DNA of 64,000 nucleotides from a bacterium. Its GTDB lineage: Bacteria; UBA8248. The stretch is taken from positions 1,568,001-1,632,000 of the forward strand of contig CBDBBI010000010.1 of the NCBI GenBank assembly GCA_965202625.1, in the 5' to 3' direction. Shown piece after piece: positions 48,862-58,497 of the stretch. Position numbers and translations under genes: made by a program. Position 1 is the first letter of the stretch. Each line of letters starts with the position of its first letter. Below the pieces are notes generated by a model that did no database searches, was not told the origin of the DNA, and was given only the letters and a program-made list of their open reading frames with translations.

Positions 48862-50394
48862 ATGCTCGCCAAAACCCAAGCCGCCGCCGTTCTCGGCGTA
48901 GACGCCTATCCCGTTGAAGTGGAGGTCGACCTCGCGTCGGGCCTTCCGTATTACTCCACAGTCGGCCTGCCGGACGCCGCCGTGAAGGAGAGCAAGGACA
49001 GGATTCGCGCCGCCATCGTCAATACGGGCTTCATCTATCCGATGGGCCGCATCACCGTCAGCCTCTCGCCCGCGGACGTCCGCAAGGAGGGAAGCGCCTT
49101 CGATTTGCCCATCGCGCTCTCGCTGCTGCGCGCGAACGGGGTGTTTCACGCGCGCTCCCAGATGGAGGACGCGCTGTTGTTTCTGGGCGAACTGGCTTTG
49201 GACGGCTCCTTGCGACCGATTCGCGGAGCGCTCAACATCGCCGTGCTCGCCAAAAAAATGGGCAAGCGCGGCGTCGTTCTTCCGGCCGAGAACGCGCCCG
49301 AGGCCGCCGTGGTCGATAAGCTCGAGGTCTATCCCGTACACACGCTTCCGCAGGTGGTGGGATTCATCCAGGAGGAAATCGACATTCCCGCGGCGTGCTG
49401 TCAAAAAAACGGCGCCGAGAAAAAACAAGGAGGAAAAATCGATTTTGGAGACATTCGGGGACAACACCAGGCCAAGCGCGCCGTGGAGGTCGCGGCGGCG
49501 GGCTCGCACAACCTGTTGATGATCGGCCCGCCCGGCAGCGGAAAAAGCATGTTGGCGAAAAGGTTTCCCACCATACTGCCGCCCCTCTCGTTGGACGAGG
49601 CCATCGAAACCAGCCAGGTGTGGAGCGTGCTCGGCAAACTCACACAGAACGATTCCCTCATTCAGGAGAGGCCCTTCCGCGCCCCGCACCACACCATCAG
49701 CGACGCCGGCCTGGTGGGAGGAGGCGCGCTGCCGCTGCCCGGCGAGGCTTCCCTCGCCCACAACGGCGTGCTCTTTCTGGATGAATTGCCCGAGTTTCGG
49801 AAAAACGTGCTCGAATCCCTGAGAGGCCCGCTCGAGGACGGGAAGATCACCATCAGCAGGGCACAGGCGAGCCTCTCGTTTCCCGCCCGATTCATGCTCA
49901 CAGCGGCGATGAACCCTTGTAATTGCGGTCTGCTCGGAGAGAGGTCGTGCACGTGCACGCCCCAGCAGGTGGCCCGATACCGCTCCCGCATCTCGGGACC
50001 GATTCTCGACCGCATCGACATACACGTTCACGTGCCGAGGGTCCCCTGGAAAGAACTCGCCGAAGACCCCGACGGAGAGAGTTCAGCGACGATTCGAAAG
50101 CGCGTTCTCACAGCCCAGAGCATTCAGAAAGAGCGCCTGGAAAACCACTCCGGCGTATACGCCAACGCCCATATGGGCCCCGGCCTCATCAACGAACACT
50201 GCAAAATCGAGGCCGAGGGAATGCGCCTGCTCAAGTTGGCGGTGGAAAAACTGGGACTATCCGCGCGCGCCTATCACCGCGTGCTGAAGGTGGCGCGCAC
50301 CATCAGCGATTTGGCCGGCGAGAGGGACATAGGCCCCCAGCACGTGGCGGAGGCAGTGCAATACCGCCAGCTGGACAGGCAAACGCGCATCTGA
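48862..50394 (+). CDS. comM: YifB/ComM Mg-chelatase-like AAA+ ATPase
   Basis: VGLPDAAVKES, KEGSAFDLPIA, GPPGSGKSMLA, RAPHHT, LAHNGVLFLDELPEF, AMNPCNCG, SGPILDRID. Confidence 0.93.
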   Translation: MLAKTQAAAVLGVDAYPVEVEVDLASGLPYYSTVGLPDAAVKESKDRIRAAIVNTGFIYPMGRITVSLSPADVRKEGSAFDLPIALSLLRANGVFHARSQMEDALLFLGELALDGSLRPIRGALNIAVLAKKMGKRGVVLPAENAPEAAVVDKLEVYPVHTLPQVVGFIQEEIDIPAACCQKNGAEKKQGGKIDFGDIRGQHQAKRAVEVAAAGSHNLLMIGPPGSGKSMLAKRFPTILPPLSLDEAIETSQVWSVLGKLTQNDSLIQERPFRAPHHTISDAGLVGGGALPLPGEASLAHNGVLFLDELPEFRKNVLESLRGPLEDGKITISRAQASLSFPARFMLTAAMNPCNCGLLGERSCTCTPQQVARYRSRISGPILDRIDIHVHVPRVPWKELAEDPDGESSATIRKRVLTAQSIQKERLENHSGVYANAHMGPGLINEHCKIEAEGMRLLKLAVEKLGLSARAYHRVLKVARTISDLAGERDIGPQHVAEAVQYRQLDRQTRI

Positions 50395-50534
50395 TCCTTC
50401 CGGCCGCAGGTGATTTTCGCGTCCGCATAGAACCACAAACACATGCCAGAACCTTTGTTGGTGATGATTTTCATTTCAGATGGAACGGAGGAGATGGCGG
50501 CGAAAACGATTGCCCATGCCGCATTCACAACGCC

Positions 50535-51566
50535 ATGATTGAAATGGCCCGCCCGCAGGTTGAAACCATGAGGCAAACGACCTCCCCCTTCCGCGCCGAG
50601 ACGTTTTCAAGGAACGTGCCCCTATTTCCGTGCGACGGTGGTTTCGCCATCAAACGCAGGCAAAAGCAATTCCTCCATGGGCTCAAAAGTTCCGGGCGCC
50701 GCAGATACAAGCGGTATCGGGGTTTGCCCTTGCGATATGCGGGCGGCAAGAGCCTGGCGGTGGGATACGTCGTTGAACATTTGCCAAGCGACGTTCACAC
50801 CCTCGTATCCCCGTTTTTTGGAGGCGGATCGGTGGAAATTGCATGTGCCAAAGAGATGGGAATACGGGTGCAGGGATATGACATATTTGACGTTTTGACA
50901 AATTACTGGAAAGCGCAAATCGAAAACCCCCTCGAACTGGCTGCACGCATTTCAAAGTGGAAACCTACGAAAGAAATCTACAACCAGGTCAAGAAACGTC
51001 TGAAAGCGCACTGGAAGGCGGAAAAACCCATCACGGACTCCCTAGAGTTGGCCGCGCATTATTGGTTTAACCACAATTTGAGCTATGGACCCGGGTTTCT
51101 CGGCTGGATGTCCAGGATTTACGAGGAGCCTGAGCGCCTTGAGCGACTTCTCGACAAGGTGCGGACTTTCAGGTGCCCGAACATGCGGGTGGCAAACGGA
51201 TCTTTCGAGGCGGTCTTGCCGCGCCATACCAGGGATTTTTTATATTGCGACCCCCCTTATTATCTGGATGGAGACAGCCGGATGTTCAAGGGCATCTATC
51301 CGCATAGAAACTTCCCCGTTCATCATAAAGGCTTCGGCCATGAACGGCTCAGAGACTTGTTGTATGCGCACGATGGGGGATTCATTCTTTCCTATAACGA
51401 TTGCGAAGCGATTCGGGAATGGTATGCAGACTTTCAAGTCATTGAGGTGCAGTGGCAGTACACGCTTGGGCAGGGTGAAACCAGAATCGGCAAAAATCGC
51501 ATCGAGAATGGAACGCATCACCACGTGAAGGCTTCTCACGAATTGTTAATCGTAAAGGGGCGTTAA
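50535..51566 (+). CDS. DNA adenine methyltransferase (Dam/D12 class)
   Basis: PLRYAGGKS, SPFFGGGSV, YCDPPYY, FILSYN; start uncertain. Confidence 0.88.
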   Translation: MIEMARPQVETMRQTTSPFRAETFSRNVPLFPCDGGFAIKRRQKQFLHGLKSSGRRRYKRYRGLPLRYAGGKSLAVGYVVEHLPSDVHTLVSPFFGGGSVEIACAKEMGIRVQGYDIFDVLTNYWKAQIENPLELAARISKWKPTKEIYNQVKKRLKAHWKAEKPITDSLELAAHYWFNHNLSYGPGFLGWMSRIYEEPERLERLLDKVRTFRCPNMRVANGSFEAVLPRHTRDFLYCDPPYYLDGDSRMFKGIYPHRNFPVHHKGFGHERLRDLLYAHDGGFILSYNDCEAIREWYADFQVIEVQWQYTLGQGETRIGKNRIENGTHHHVKASHELLIVKGR

Positions 51567-51849
51567 CGTGCGCGCTCGACGAGCAAGGATATTGAGTGCG
51601 TTTTTGCGCAAGGCGCTATTCGGTGGAGGGAACGCGGATTATTGAAGCGTGTTTCCAGGCAAAGCAAGAGTAGATAAATCGAAAAAGATTTTTCATTTCT
51701 TCCTTCTTCTCCAGGCTGCCCGCTCTTCGTCATTGACTCACAGCCTCCTTGTTTATATTTTCTATTTTCAGAATCAGACGAAACGAATACGCATTCGCTT
51801 CTTTTGGATTATACTTGCCCTCCATCTCGCACCATGGGGGATATTCAAG

Positions 51850-52965
51850 ATGGGGACAGAATACGCCTGGTTTCTCCCATCGGCCCGGGCGGGCGATGGA
51901 CGCAAAATCAACACCAAGGTGCCTGAGAGAAAGCCCACCATCGAATACCTCTCCCGAGTCGCCAGTGCGGCCGAGAGGGCTGGTTTCGTGAATCTTTTGG
52001 TGCCCACGGGCACCCACTGCATGGATGCCTGGCTCGTGGCCGCCGGCGTGGCCCAGCACACGGAGAGAATCAAATTCTGCGTGGCGCTTCGGCCGGGCCT
52101 CACCAGCCCCGTATTCGCCGCCCAAACGGCGAGCACGCTCGACGCGCTCACCGGCGGGCGCCTGACGCTCAACGTCGTCACCGGCTCCAGTCACGTCGAG
52201 CAGATGCGCTACGGCGACCATCTCGCGCACGATCAGCGATACGAGAGGACGGAGGAGTTTCTGGACGTCGTCACCCGGATATGGGGCGGCGGCGGTCCCC
52301 TCACCTACAAGGGGAAGTATTTCGACGTCCGGGACGCCGCTTTTTTTCCGATCCAGCTCTCCAAGCCCTGGCCGCCCATCTATCTCGGCGGAAGCTCCGA
52401 GCCCGGCCGCCGGGTGGGGGCGAAATACTCCGACGTGCACATGATGTATGCCGTGGACGTTGAGACCATCGCCAAGGACGTCCAGGACATGAGGGAGCGC
52501 GCCGCGCAGTTCGGCCGAGAGGACCAGATAAAGTTCGGCGTCCGAATGCACCTTCTGTGTCGGGACAGCAAGAAGGAGGCGAGGCGGGCGGCGCAAACCC
52601 TCATTGAGGGAAGCGACATATCGAACGTGCAGGCTTGGGCCGACATGAAAACCAGAACAGAGAGCGCCGGCCAGACGCGCGTCAACGAGCTGGCGAAGGG
52701 CGAATCCCTATGGATCACCGACACTTTGTGGATGGGCGTGAACACAGTGCGGGCGGGTGCGGGCGCGTCGCTGGTGGGCACGCCCGATATGATCGCCAAG
52801 GCGCTCAGGGAATACGTGGACGCAGGCGTTCACACGTTCATTCTCTCCGGCTGGCCGCACGTCGAGGAGGTGGAGATATTCGGACGCGAGGTTATGCCCT
52901 TGCTCAAGGATACGGAACCCGTCACTCTCACGCCGCCCTTGCCTGCCCTCGCCGAATACGACTGA
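51850..52965 (+). CDS. LLM-class flavin-dependent monooxygenase (SsuD-like)
   Basis: WFLP, AAERAGF..LLVPTG..C.DAW, VALRPG, LNVVTG, HDQRYERTEEFL, FILSGWPH. Confidence 0.88.
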   Translation: MGTEYAWFLPSARAGDGRKINTKVPERKPTIEYLSRVASAAERAGFVNLLVPTGTHCMDAWLVAAGVAQHTERIKFCVALRPGLTSPVFAAQTASTLDALTGGRLTLNVVTGSSHVEQMRYGDHLAHDQRYERTEEFLDVVTRIWGGGGPLTYKGKYFDVRDAAFFPIQLSKPWPPIYLGGSSEPGRRVGAKYSDVHMMYAVDVETIAKDVQDMRERAAQFGREDQIKFGVRMHLLCRDSKKEARRAAQTLIEGSDISNVQAWADMKTRTESAGQTRVNELAKGESLWITDTLWMGVNTVRAGAGASLVGTPDMIAKALREYVDAGVHTFILSGWPHVEEVEIFGREVMPLLKDTEPVTLTPPLPALAEYD

Positions 52966-53011
52966 GGGGAACAAAAATCGCGCTTGCCGCAACGAGGAGA
53001 GAGAACCTTTG

Positions 53012-54190
53012 ATGACCAGCCTATCGGGCGCGCTTTGCGCCGACTCCCAAAAGTGGGTCGACATCGCCGAATCCCTCGGACGAGAGAAATTCGCGCCGCG
53101 CGCGAAGACGATCGACGAGGAAGCGCGCTTTCCGGCCGAGAACTACCACGACCTGGCCGACGCCGGATTGCTCGCCCTCATGGTGCCCAAGGAATTTGGC
53201 GGCGTCGGGGCGGACTCGCTCACCTACGTCACAGTCCTCTCCAAAATTGCGAAAGGCTGCGCCTCCACCGGACTGACGTTCAACATGCACAGTGCCGTCG
53301 TGGACTTTCTGGGGCAGATCGCCTCGAAAGAGCAGATGGCGCGCTACTTCTCCGAGGTGGTGGACCAAGGGGCCATCTTCGCCTCCATCACGAGCGAGCC
53401 GGGCAGCTCTTTTCGGGACAAGCTGGCGGTTCGCACCTCCATTCGCGAGGAGAACGGCAACTATCGCATTCACGGAAAGAAACATTTTTGCTCCCTTTCC
53501 ACCGGCGCGGCGTATTACTTCACCTGGAGCTATCTCCACGGCGCGGAAAGTCTGGGAGAGGGACTGCTGAACGTGATGATTCCATCGAACAGGGAAGACA
53601 TCGAAATCATCGACGACTGGAACACTATCGGAATGCGGGGAACCGCGTCGAACTCTCTCATGTTTCACGACGTCCTCGTGAAGCAGGAGGAGCTCATCGG
53701 GGAGCCGGGGAGCATCCTGGGCAAAGACATGAGCATGTGGTCCCTAGGATATACGGCCGTATACATCGGCATCGCGGAGGCGGCGTATGAATTCACAGTC
53801 GATTACGTGAAAAAGGCGAAGTCGGGCCTCGGGGTTCCGCTTGAGGAGTTGGACAGAACGCAGCGTCAGATTGGCGAGATGGCGATGCTTCTTGAAAACG
53901 CGAGACGCGCCGCGGAAAAATTGGGCGCACTGCGGGGAAATTTGGGGAAGATGGAGCTGACCTTCATTCTCAATCAAGCGAAATTCCTGGCGACCGAAGC
54001 CGCGAAGGAACTCGCCGAGCAGGGAATCCGCCTCTGCGGCGGACGCGGTCTTCAACGCGCCCTCCCTCTGGAGCGGCACCTGAGAGACGCGGTGGCCGGC
54101 CTCGTGATGCCGCCCGCCAACGACAGGTGTCTGGAGACCATCGGGCAAATCGCCTTGGACCGTGAAGCGAAAACGCTCGATTTTCAATGA
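53012..54190 (+). CDS. Acyl-CoA dehydrogenase-superfamily flavoprotein
   Basis: VPKEFGG, FNMH, GKKHFCS, DWNTIGMRGTAS, LERHLRDA. Confidence 0.85.
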   Translation: MTSLSGALCADSQKWVDIAESLGREKFAPRAKTIDEEARFPAENYHDLADAGLLALMVPKEFGGVGADSLTYVTVLSKIAKGCASTGLTFNMHSAVVDFLGQIASKEQMARYFSEVVDQGAIFASITSEPGSSFRDKLAVRTSIREENGNYRIHGKKHFCSLSTGAAYYFTWSYLHGAESLGEGLLNVMIPSNREDIEIIDDWNTIGMRGTASNSLMFHDVLVKQEELIGEPGSILGKDMSMWSLGYTAVYIGIAEAAYEFTVDYVKKAKSGLGVPLEELDRTQRQIGEMAMLLENARRAAEKLGALRGNLGKMELTFILNQAKFLATEAAKELAEQGIRLCGGRGLQRALPLERHLRDAVAGLVMPPANDRCLETIGQIALDREAKTLDFQ

Positions 54191-54395
54191 GCGACGGCAC
54201 AACGCGCCAGGCTTCATCCGCCTCGTCGCAGTCCCTGATGCAACCCCGCTTCGGTGGAGACGCGGCAGAGGGCGCGCCGCAAGGCGCCCGACCCAAAAAC
54301 CTCCACAAGCGCCTACCGCTTTCCGTTGGGCGCGCCATGACAAACCGCCGGCCGGAAGACCCTCCCCACCGCTACTCCTCCCGCAAACCAAGACG

Positions 54396-54527
54396 ATGGC
54401 TATCACCAAACAGATCATCGACAAACAATCGGCGATGCGCGCCTACAACGACATCTACCGGTTTATGGGACTCGCTTTTCTATCGGTCGCCCCGTTCATC
54501 CTGATACGGAACGTCAAGCGGACCTAA
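54396..54527 (+). pseudogene. Fragment resembling the last helix of a DHA2/EmrB-type MFS efflux pump
   Basis: QIIDKQSAMRAYNDIYRFMGLAFLSVAPFIL resembles the EmrB C-terminal Q.A...AYND.F pattern; rest of gene absent. Confidence 0.5.
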
Positions 54528-54599
54528 CGTTTGAACGACCCGGAAAGCGAAACGACGCGAGGGCGTCTCAGGGGCGAGAATCATCCGGTGCGAGGAGGC

Positions 54600-54776
54600 T
54601 CATTTCTTTGGGTAAATGCCAAAAGGATCCTTCAGCCACGTCCGCCATACGAAGATGAAGGCGGCCAGGAGCAATAGGAGGAACCCCAGAATTCCCGCAA
54701 CCTGCCACGCGAGGATGAGAGCGGCCAGGGCCAATATGGCGAGCCCCAACGTTTTGACGTTAAATTGACTCTCCAT
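54600..54776 (-). CDS. Small membrane protein (58 aa)
   Basis: GGAGGT RBS, ATG at 54776, long hydrophobic stretch; directly downstream of tRNA-Lys. Confidence 0.6.
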   Translation of the reverse strand: MESQFNVKTLGLAILALAALILAWQVAGILGFLLLLLAAFIFVWRTWLKDPFGIYPKK

Positions 54777-54810
54777 GAACCTGCACCTCCCGCTTGGAGG
54801 GGTGAAAGAG

Positions 54811-54887
54811 TGGTGGGTCGCCGGGGAATCGAACCCCGAACCCACGGATTAAGAGTCCGTTGCTCTACCTAGTTGAGCTAGCGACCC
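54811..54887 (-). tRNA. tRNA-Lys (CTT)
   Basis: GGGTCGCTAGCTCAA...ACGGA-CT-CTT-AA-TCCGT...GTTCGATTC...CCA. Confidence 0.95.
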
Positions 54888-54898
54888 GGTATCCAAAA

Positions 54899-54975
54899 TG
54901 GCACGCCCGGTAGGACTCGAACCTACAACCTTCGGATCCGAAGTCCGACGCTCTATCCAATTGAGCTACGGGCGC
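54899..54975 (-). tRNA. tRNA-Arg (TCG)
   Basis: GCGCCCGTAGCTCAA...TCGGA-CT-TCG-GA-TCCGA...GTTCGAGTC...CCA. Confidence 0.95.
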
Positions 54976-55035
54976 CTAATATCCGTTGGCCTTCATCTTG
55001 GATGCCACGCGCGATGTGCGAACACGCGAACGTTT

Positions 55036-55112
55036 TGGGGTGAGTGAGGGGATTTGAACCCCCGACCTCCGGGGCCACAACCCGGCGCTCTAACCCCTGA
55101 GCTACACCCACC
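55036..55112 (-). tRNA. tRNA-His (GTG), with encoded G-1
   Basis: GGTGGGTGTAGCTCAG...CCGGG-TT-GTG-GC-CCCGG...GTTCAAATC...CCA. Confidence 0.95.
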
Positions 55113-55190
55113 ATACCTTATTCCGTCTCCCCCGTGCGCGTGGCATCACATTTTGGGAGAGAAAAACGACGCGAACCTCCGAAAAATATA

Positions 55191-55267
<77 letters not shown>

Positions 55268-55335
55268 CCGCACAGACGACTCTCACCATGACAACCCCTT
55301 CGCGGGCGCCGCTTCCCGCCGAAAGGACAGAAAGA

Positions 55336-55364
55336 AATATCACACCCGACAGTTATGCTGTCAA
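55336..55364 (-). promoter_or_regulatory. Sigma70-like promoter of the tRNA operon
   Basis: TTGACA-N17-GATATT with an extended TG motif, about 70 nt upstream of tRNA-Arg(TCT). Confidence 0.6.
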
Positions 55365-55553
55365 CAACGCCCTCATCATGGAAACCCGTTTCACGGGAGA
55401 GAGAGCGGGGCGCCTGCACCCCACCGAGCACCCCCCTGCTCCCCTGGATTTTTTGCTGAGCATCTTCGTACGGGAAAGCCTACGTAGAAGTCTGGTTTTT
55501 TTGAAGCACGCAAGCATCCTCATCAAAGAGCGGCTTCAGGGGAAACAAAAAAC

Positions 55554-56444
55554 TTACTCGCCCTCAAACGGCTTCCTGCGCACTTTGCCTTCACCCACGA
55601 GAGCTGCTTTCATCAGGAGAATCAGGGTGTTGGTTCTGGGGATGAGGTGAATGAAGCGATCGATCTTTTGATCGATCAAATCGATTTCGCCATCCGAGAG
55701 GCCGAGTGCCGCCGTCCGCTCCCTGTTCAAATCAACCGCGAAAGGAAACTCCTGGGCAGCAGCCGCAGCCGCGCCCTGTGCCTGGGTCACGGTGATCTGA
55801 AAACCCGGCTTCGCCATCTCCTCCTGCAAGAAGGGCCAGACGCGCTCCAAGAAAGCGGGATAATGGCCGAGGGCGCGCCATACGCTGCCCAGCCCTCCGG
55901 TCGCCGCGCGAATCTCTTTGTAAAGGGCGCCCAGCGCATCATCCACAGCGGATGGATCTACCAGGGCTTCCGTCCGCATCGACACCGGAGGCCCTTGGGG
56001 CAGCTCATCGATGTCCGCATCCGCGCCCGGGCGGACGCCCCCTATCTTCATGCCGTTCAGCGCCCCCTTGAGGGCGGCGGCGAGGATGAGGTTCTTGGGG
56101 TTCGCGTAGTTATACACGTTCAGGACGCCGTCGATAGCCTCTACCTCATCCAACGTATACCCACAATCATCCTCAAGTTCCTCCCCCACGTCCGGGACAT
56201 CCGGCGGCATGGGCGGTGCCATACGCATCCTCAGGTTATCCGCGCAGCGTTCGAAATACGCGATCGAGGCGTTGGGCCTCAGCACGTCCCAAGCCGCGCA
56301 AAAGTAGGACTCGTGCACGGCGAGTGCACGATAGATGAAGTTCACCTGGACGCCGCGGAGAACCCGACGCATATCTTCATAAATCTCCGCGATCTTTCCC
56401 GTAGCGCGGTCTTCTGCGATTTCATCCAAAACGATGGGCTCCAC
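55554..56444 (-). CDS. DehI-like (group I haloacid dehalogenase fold) protein
   Basis: E..ATGKIAEIYEDMR, VNFIYRALA, YANPK, and an internal second half (LYKEIR...WRALGHYPAFL). Confidence 0.7.
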   Translation of the reverse strand: MEPIVLDEIAEDRATGKIAEIYEDMRRVLRGVQVNFIYRALAVHESYFCAAWDVLRPNASIAYFERCADNLRMRMAPPMPPDVPDVGEELEDDCGYTLDEVEAIDGVLNVYNYANPKNLILAAALKGALNGMKIGGVRPGADADIDELPQGPPVSMRTEALVDPSAVDDALGALYKEIRAATGGLGSVWRALGHYPAFLERVWPFLQEEMAKPGFQITVTQAQGAAAAAAQEFPFAVDLNRERTAALGLSDGEIDLIDQKIDRFIHLIPRTNTLILLMKAALVGEGKVRRKPFEGE

Positions 56445-56602
56445 GATTTCCTCCGTTCAAGGTCAAAATCGGCGAGACGAAAGGCGCGAGGCGGCCCGGA
56501 GAGACGCCGGCAAGAACCCGGAGTATAGGCGTGGCGGATGGATCGAACAAGTCGGTTTTGTGCCCACGACGTATCCATCGTCATTGTCAAAAACAAAAAA
56601 AC

Positions 56603-56647
56603 TTGCTTTTTTCAACAGATTTCCATATATTTGATTTACTCAACTAT
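56603..56647 (+). promoter_or_regulatory. Promoter with overlapping imperfect palindrome (candidate MarR operator)
   Basis: TTGCTT-N17-TATATT, then ATATTTGA-TTTAC-TCAACTAT (7 of 8 arm positions match). Confidence 0.5.
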
Positions 56648-56773
56648 TGACGGAAAAGATATTTGAGTTGTAACGAAAAATGTAAAGCGGATTGAAAAGA
56701 GAAATTCTCGAAAGCCGCGCCTGAACGAAGGGGCTGGCCCCGAAAATGGCATACGTAAAAGGAGGCTTCAAAA

Positions 56774-57265
56774 ATGCGCATCACCTCGCAGGTCTGTTGC
56801 GAAGGCGCAGGATTGACGAAGAAGGCCCCCGCCCTTGGCGCGCGTCTTCACCTGGCGCTCGATAATCTCTTTTGGCAGAAAAAACCCGCCGACAGGGATG
56901 CGGTGTGCTGCCACAACATCACCCACAATCAATGGACGCTCCTCCACCTGCTCGCAGACGCGGAGGAGGGGGCCCTCCCCATGGGGGTGATCGCCAAACG
57001 TATGCGCGTCACACCGAGCGGAGTGACGCGCTGTGCGGACCCGCTCGTCGAGCGCGGGCTGATTGAGCGCGGCATGAAGGAAGGAGACCGCCGCGTGTGC
57101 TGCCTTGGCCTGAGCGAGGCGGGCGCGGCGCTTCACGCGACCATTCTGGAAGGCTGCGCGCTTGAGGACGACGCGCTCCTGGACGCTTTCCCCCTTGCGG
57201 AGCAAGAGGAGATCGTCCGCGCGGTCGAGAAGCTCGCGCGCGCCGCCGAGGGGACATCGCCATGA
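56774..57265 (+). CDS. MarR family regulator with three Cys-Cys pairs
   Basis: T..QW..L, IAKRMRVTPSGVTR..D.LVERGLIER...DRR; GGAGG RBS. Confidence 0.88.
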   Translation: MRITSQVCCEGAGLTKKAPALGARLHLALDNLFWQKKPADRDAVCCHNITHNQWTLLHLLADAEEGALPMGVIAKRMRVTPSGVTRCADPLVERGLIERGMKEGDRRVCCLGLSEAGAALHATILEGCALEDDALLDAFPLAEQEEIVRAVEKLARAAEGTSP

Positions 57266-58362
57266 TAACGGACGCGAAAACTGACCAGCCGACCGGGCGC
57301 CTCGCACCGCCCGCCGACCACGCTTCTTGCTGTGCGCCCGCGCCAAAATCCCCATGGACTTCCCCCTATCTCTGGGGCGTCACATCAGCGGGCGCCCTCT
57401 TGGCGCTCATCCTCTGGGCACAGGCGGGCAGAGAGGTTCCAGCCGGCCTCATCGCCTTCGAGCTGAAGCGAAACGCTCTCTTCATCCTGGGGAGCTTCTG
57501 GAGCATCGCGCCCTTTTTTCTTTTAAGCGTTGGGGTCTCGGCGTGGGTCACCGTCGCCGGATACGCCGAGAAGATACGAGGAGTGTTCAAAAAGCGCCAA
57601 GGTCTCGCCATCGCCGGCGCGTCGGCGGTGGGCGCAGTGGTGCCATTTTGTTCCTGCGGCGTCATCCCCCTGATAGCCGGAATGCTCTCAAGCGGCGTGC
57701 CTCTGGGGCCCGTGATGGCCTTCTGGATCAGCTCCCCATTGATGAGTCCCGAGAAATTCATGCTGACCGCCGGCGTCCTGGGCGCTGATTACGCCATCGC
57801 GCGGCTCATCGCCGCCGTCTCTCTCGGAGCGGTCGCGGGCTACGCCATATATCTCATCGGGCGAGGGGGGTGGAGCGAGACGCAGATCAAGACCATCGTG
57901 GCCCCTGACGCCCTCAAGCCCGGAGAACAAAGCCCATCGGGCAATCAAGCGTCCTTGAGCGCGTTCACCGCCCAAGCGACCAACGTAGGTCTTTATCTGC
58001 TCAAGTGGCTCGCCCTGGCTTTCTTGCTGGAGGCGCTTATCGTCCACTACGTCGACCCGAGTCGGATAGGCGCGATACTCGGCGCGGAGAACCCTTGGTC
58101 GATTCCTCTGGCGAGCGCGGTAGGAATTCCGCTCTACACCTCGGGCGTCGCCGCCATTCCCATCACAAAGGGGCTCCTCGCCGCCGGTATGGGCGCGGGC
58201 GCCGCGATGGCCTTTCTCATCGCGGGGCCCATCACGTGCGTCCCCGCCATGGCCGGCGTGTGGGCGCTGGTGAGGCCAAAAGTTTTCGCCATCTATCTGG
58301 GCATCGGCATTCTCGGGTCGCTCATCGCAGGATACGCCTTTCATTTTTTGGCGCAGTCATAA
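57262..58362 (+). CDS. Predicted permease (ArsP/DUF318 type)
   Basis: PFCSCGVIP, MAFWISSPL, GIPLY, AMAFLIAGP; ATGA overlap with marR. Confidence 0.85.
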   Translation: MITDAKTDQPTGRLAPPADHASCCAPAPKSPWTSPYLWGVTSAGALLALILWAQAGREVPAGLIAFELKRNALFILGSFWSIAPFFLLSVGVSAWVTVAGYAEKIRGVFKKRQGLAIAGASAVGAVVPFCSCGVIPLIAGMLSSGVPLGPVMAFWISSPLMSPEKFMLTAGVLGADYAIARLIAAVSLGAVAGYAIYLIGRGGWSETQIKTIVAPDALKPGEQSPSGNQASLSAFTAQATNVGLYLLKWLALAFLLEALIVHYVDPSRIGAILGAENPWSIPLASAVGIPLYTSGVAAIPITKGLLAAGMGAGAAMAFLIAGPITCVPAMAGVWALVRPKVFAIYLGIGILGSLIAGYAFHFLAQS

Positions 58363-58497
58363 TGCGCAAGCCTCCTGACCCGCAGAAGTCTGGCGCGTCG
58401 TTTATCAATGGAAGCCGCGCTCCCTCGACAAAACGCGCTTCGAGCCGTAATCTCGAAGAAACCTTAGAAAGCATTCCCACTTCGGAGATCGCGCAAA

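Noticed and set aside
49923-50534. 547-aa methyltransferase with a long N-terminal domain
   Set aside because: The extension overlaps comM out of frame and is low-complexity Arg/Pro-rich
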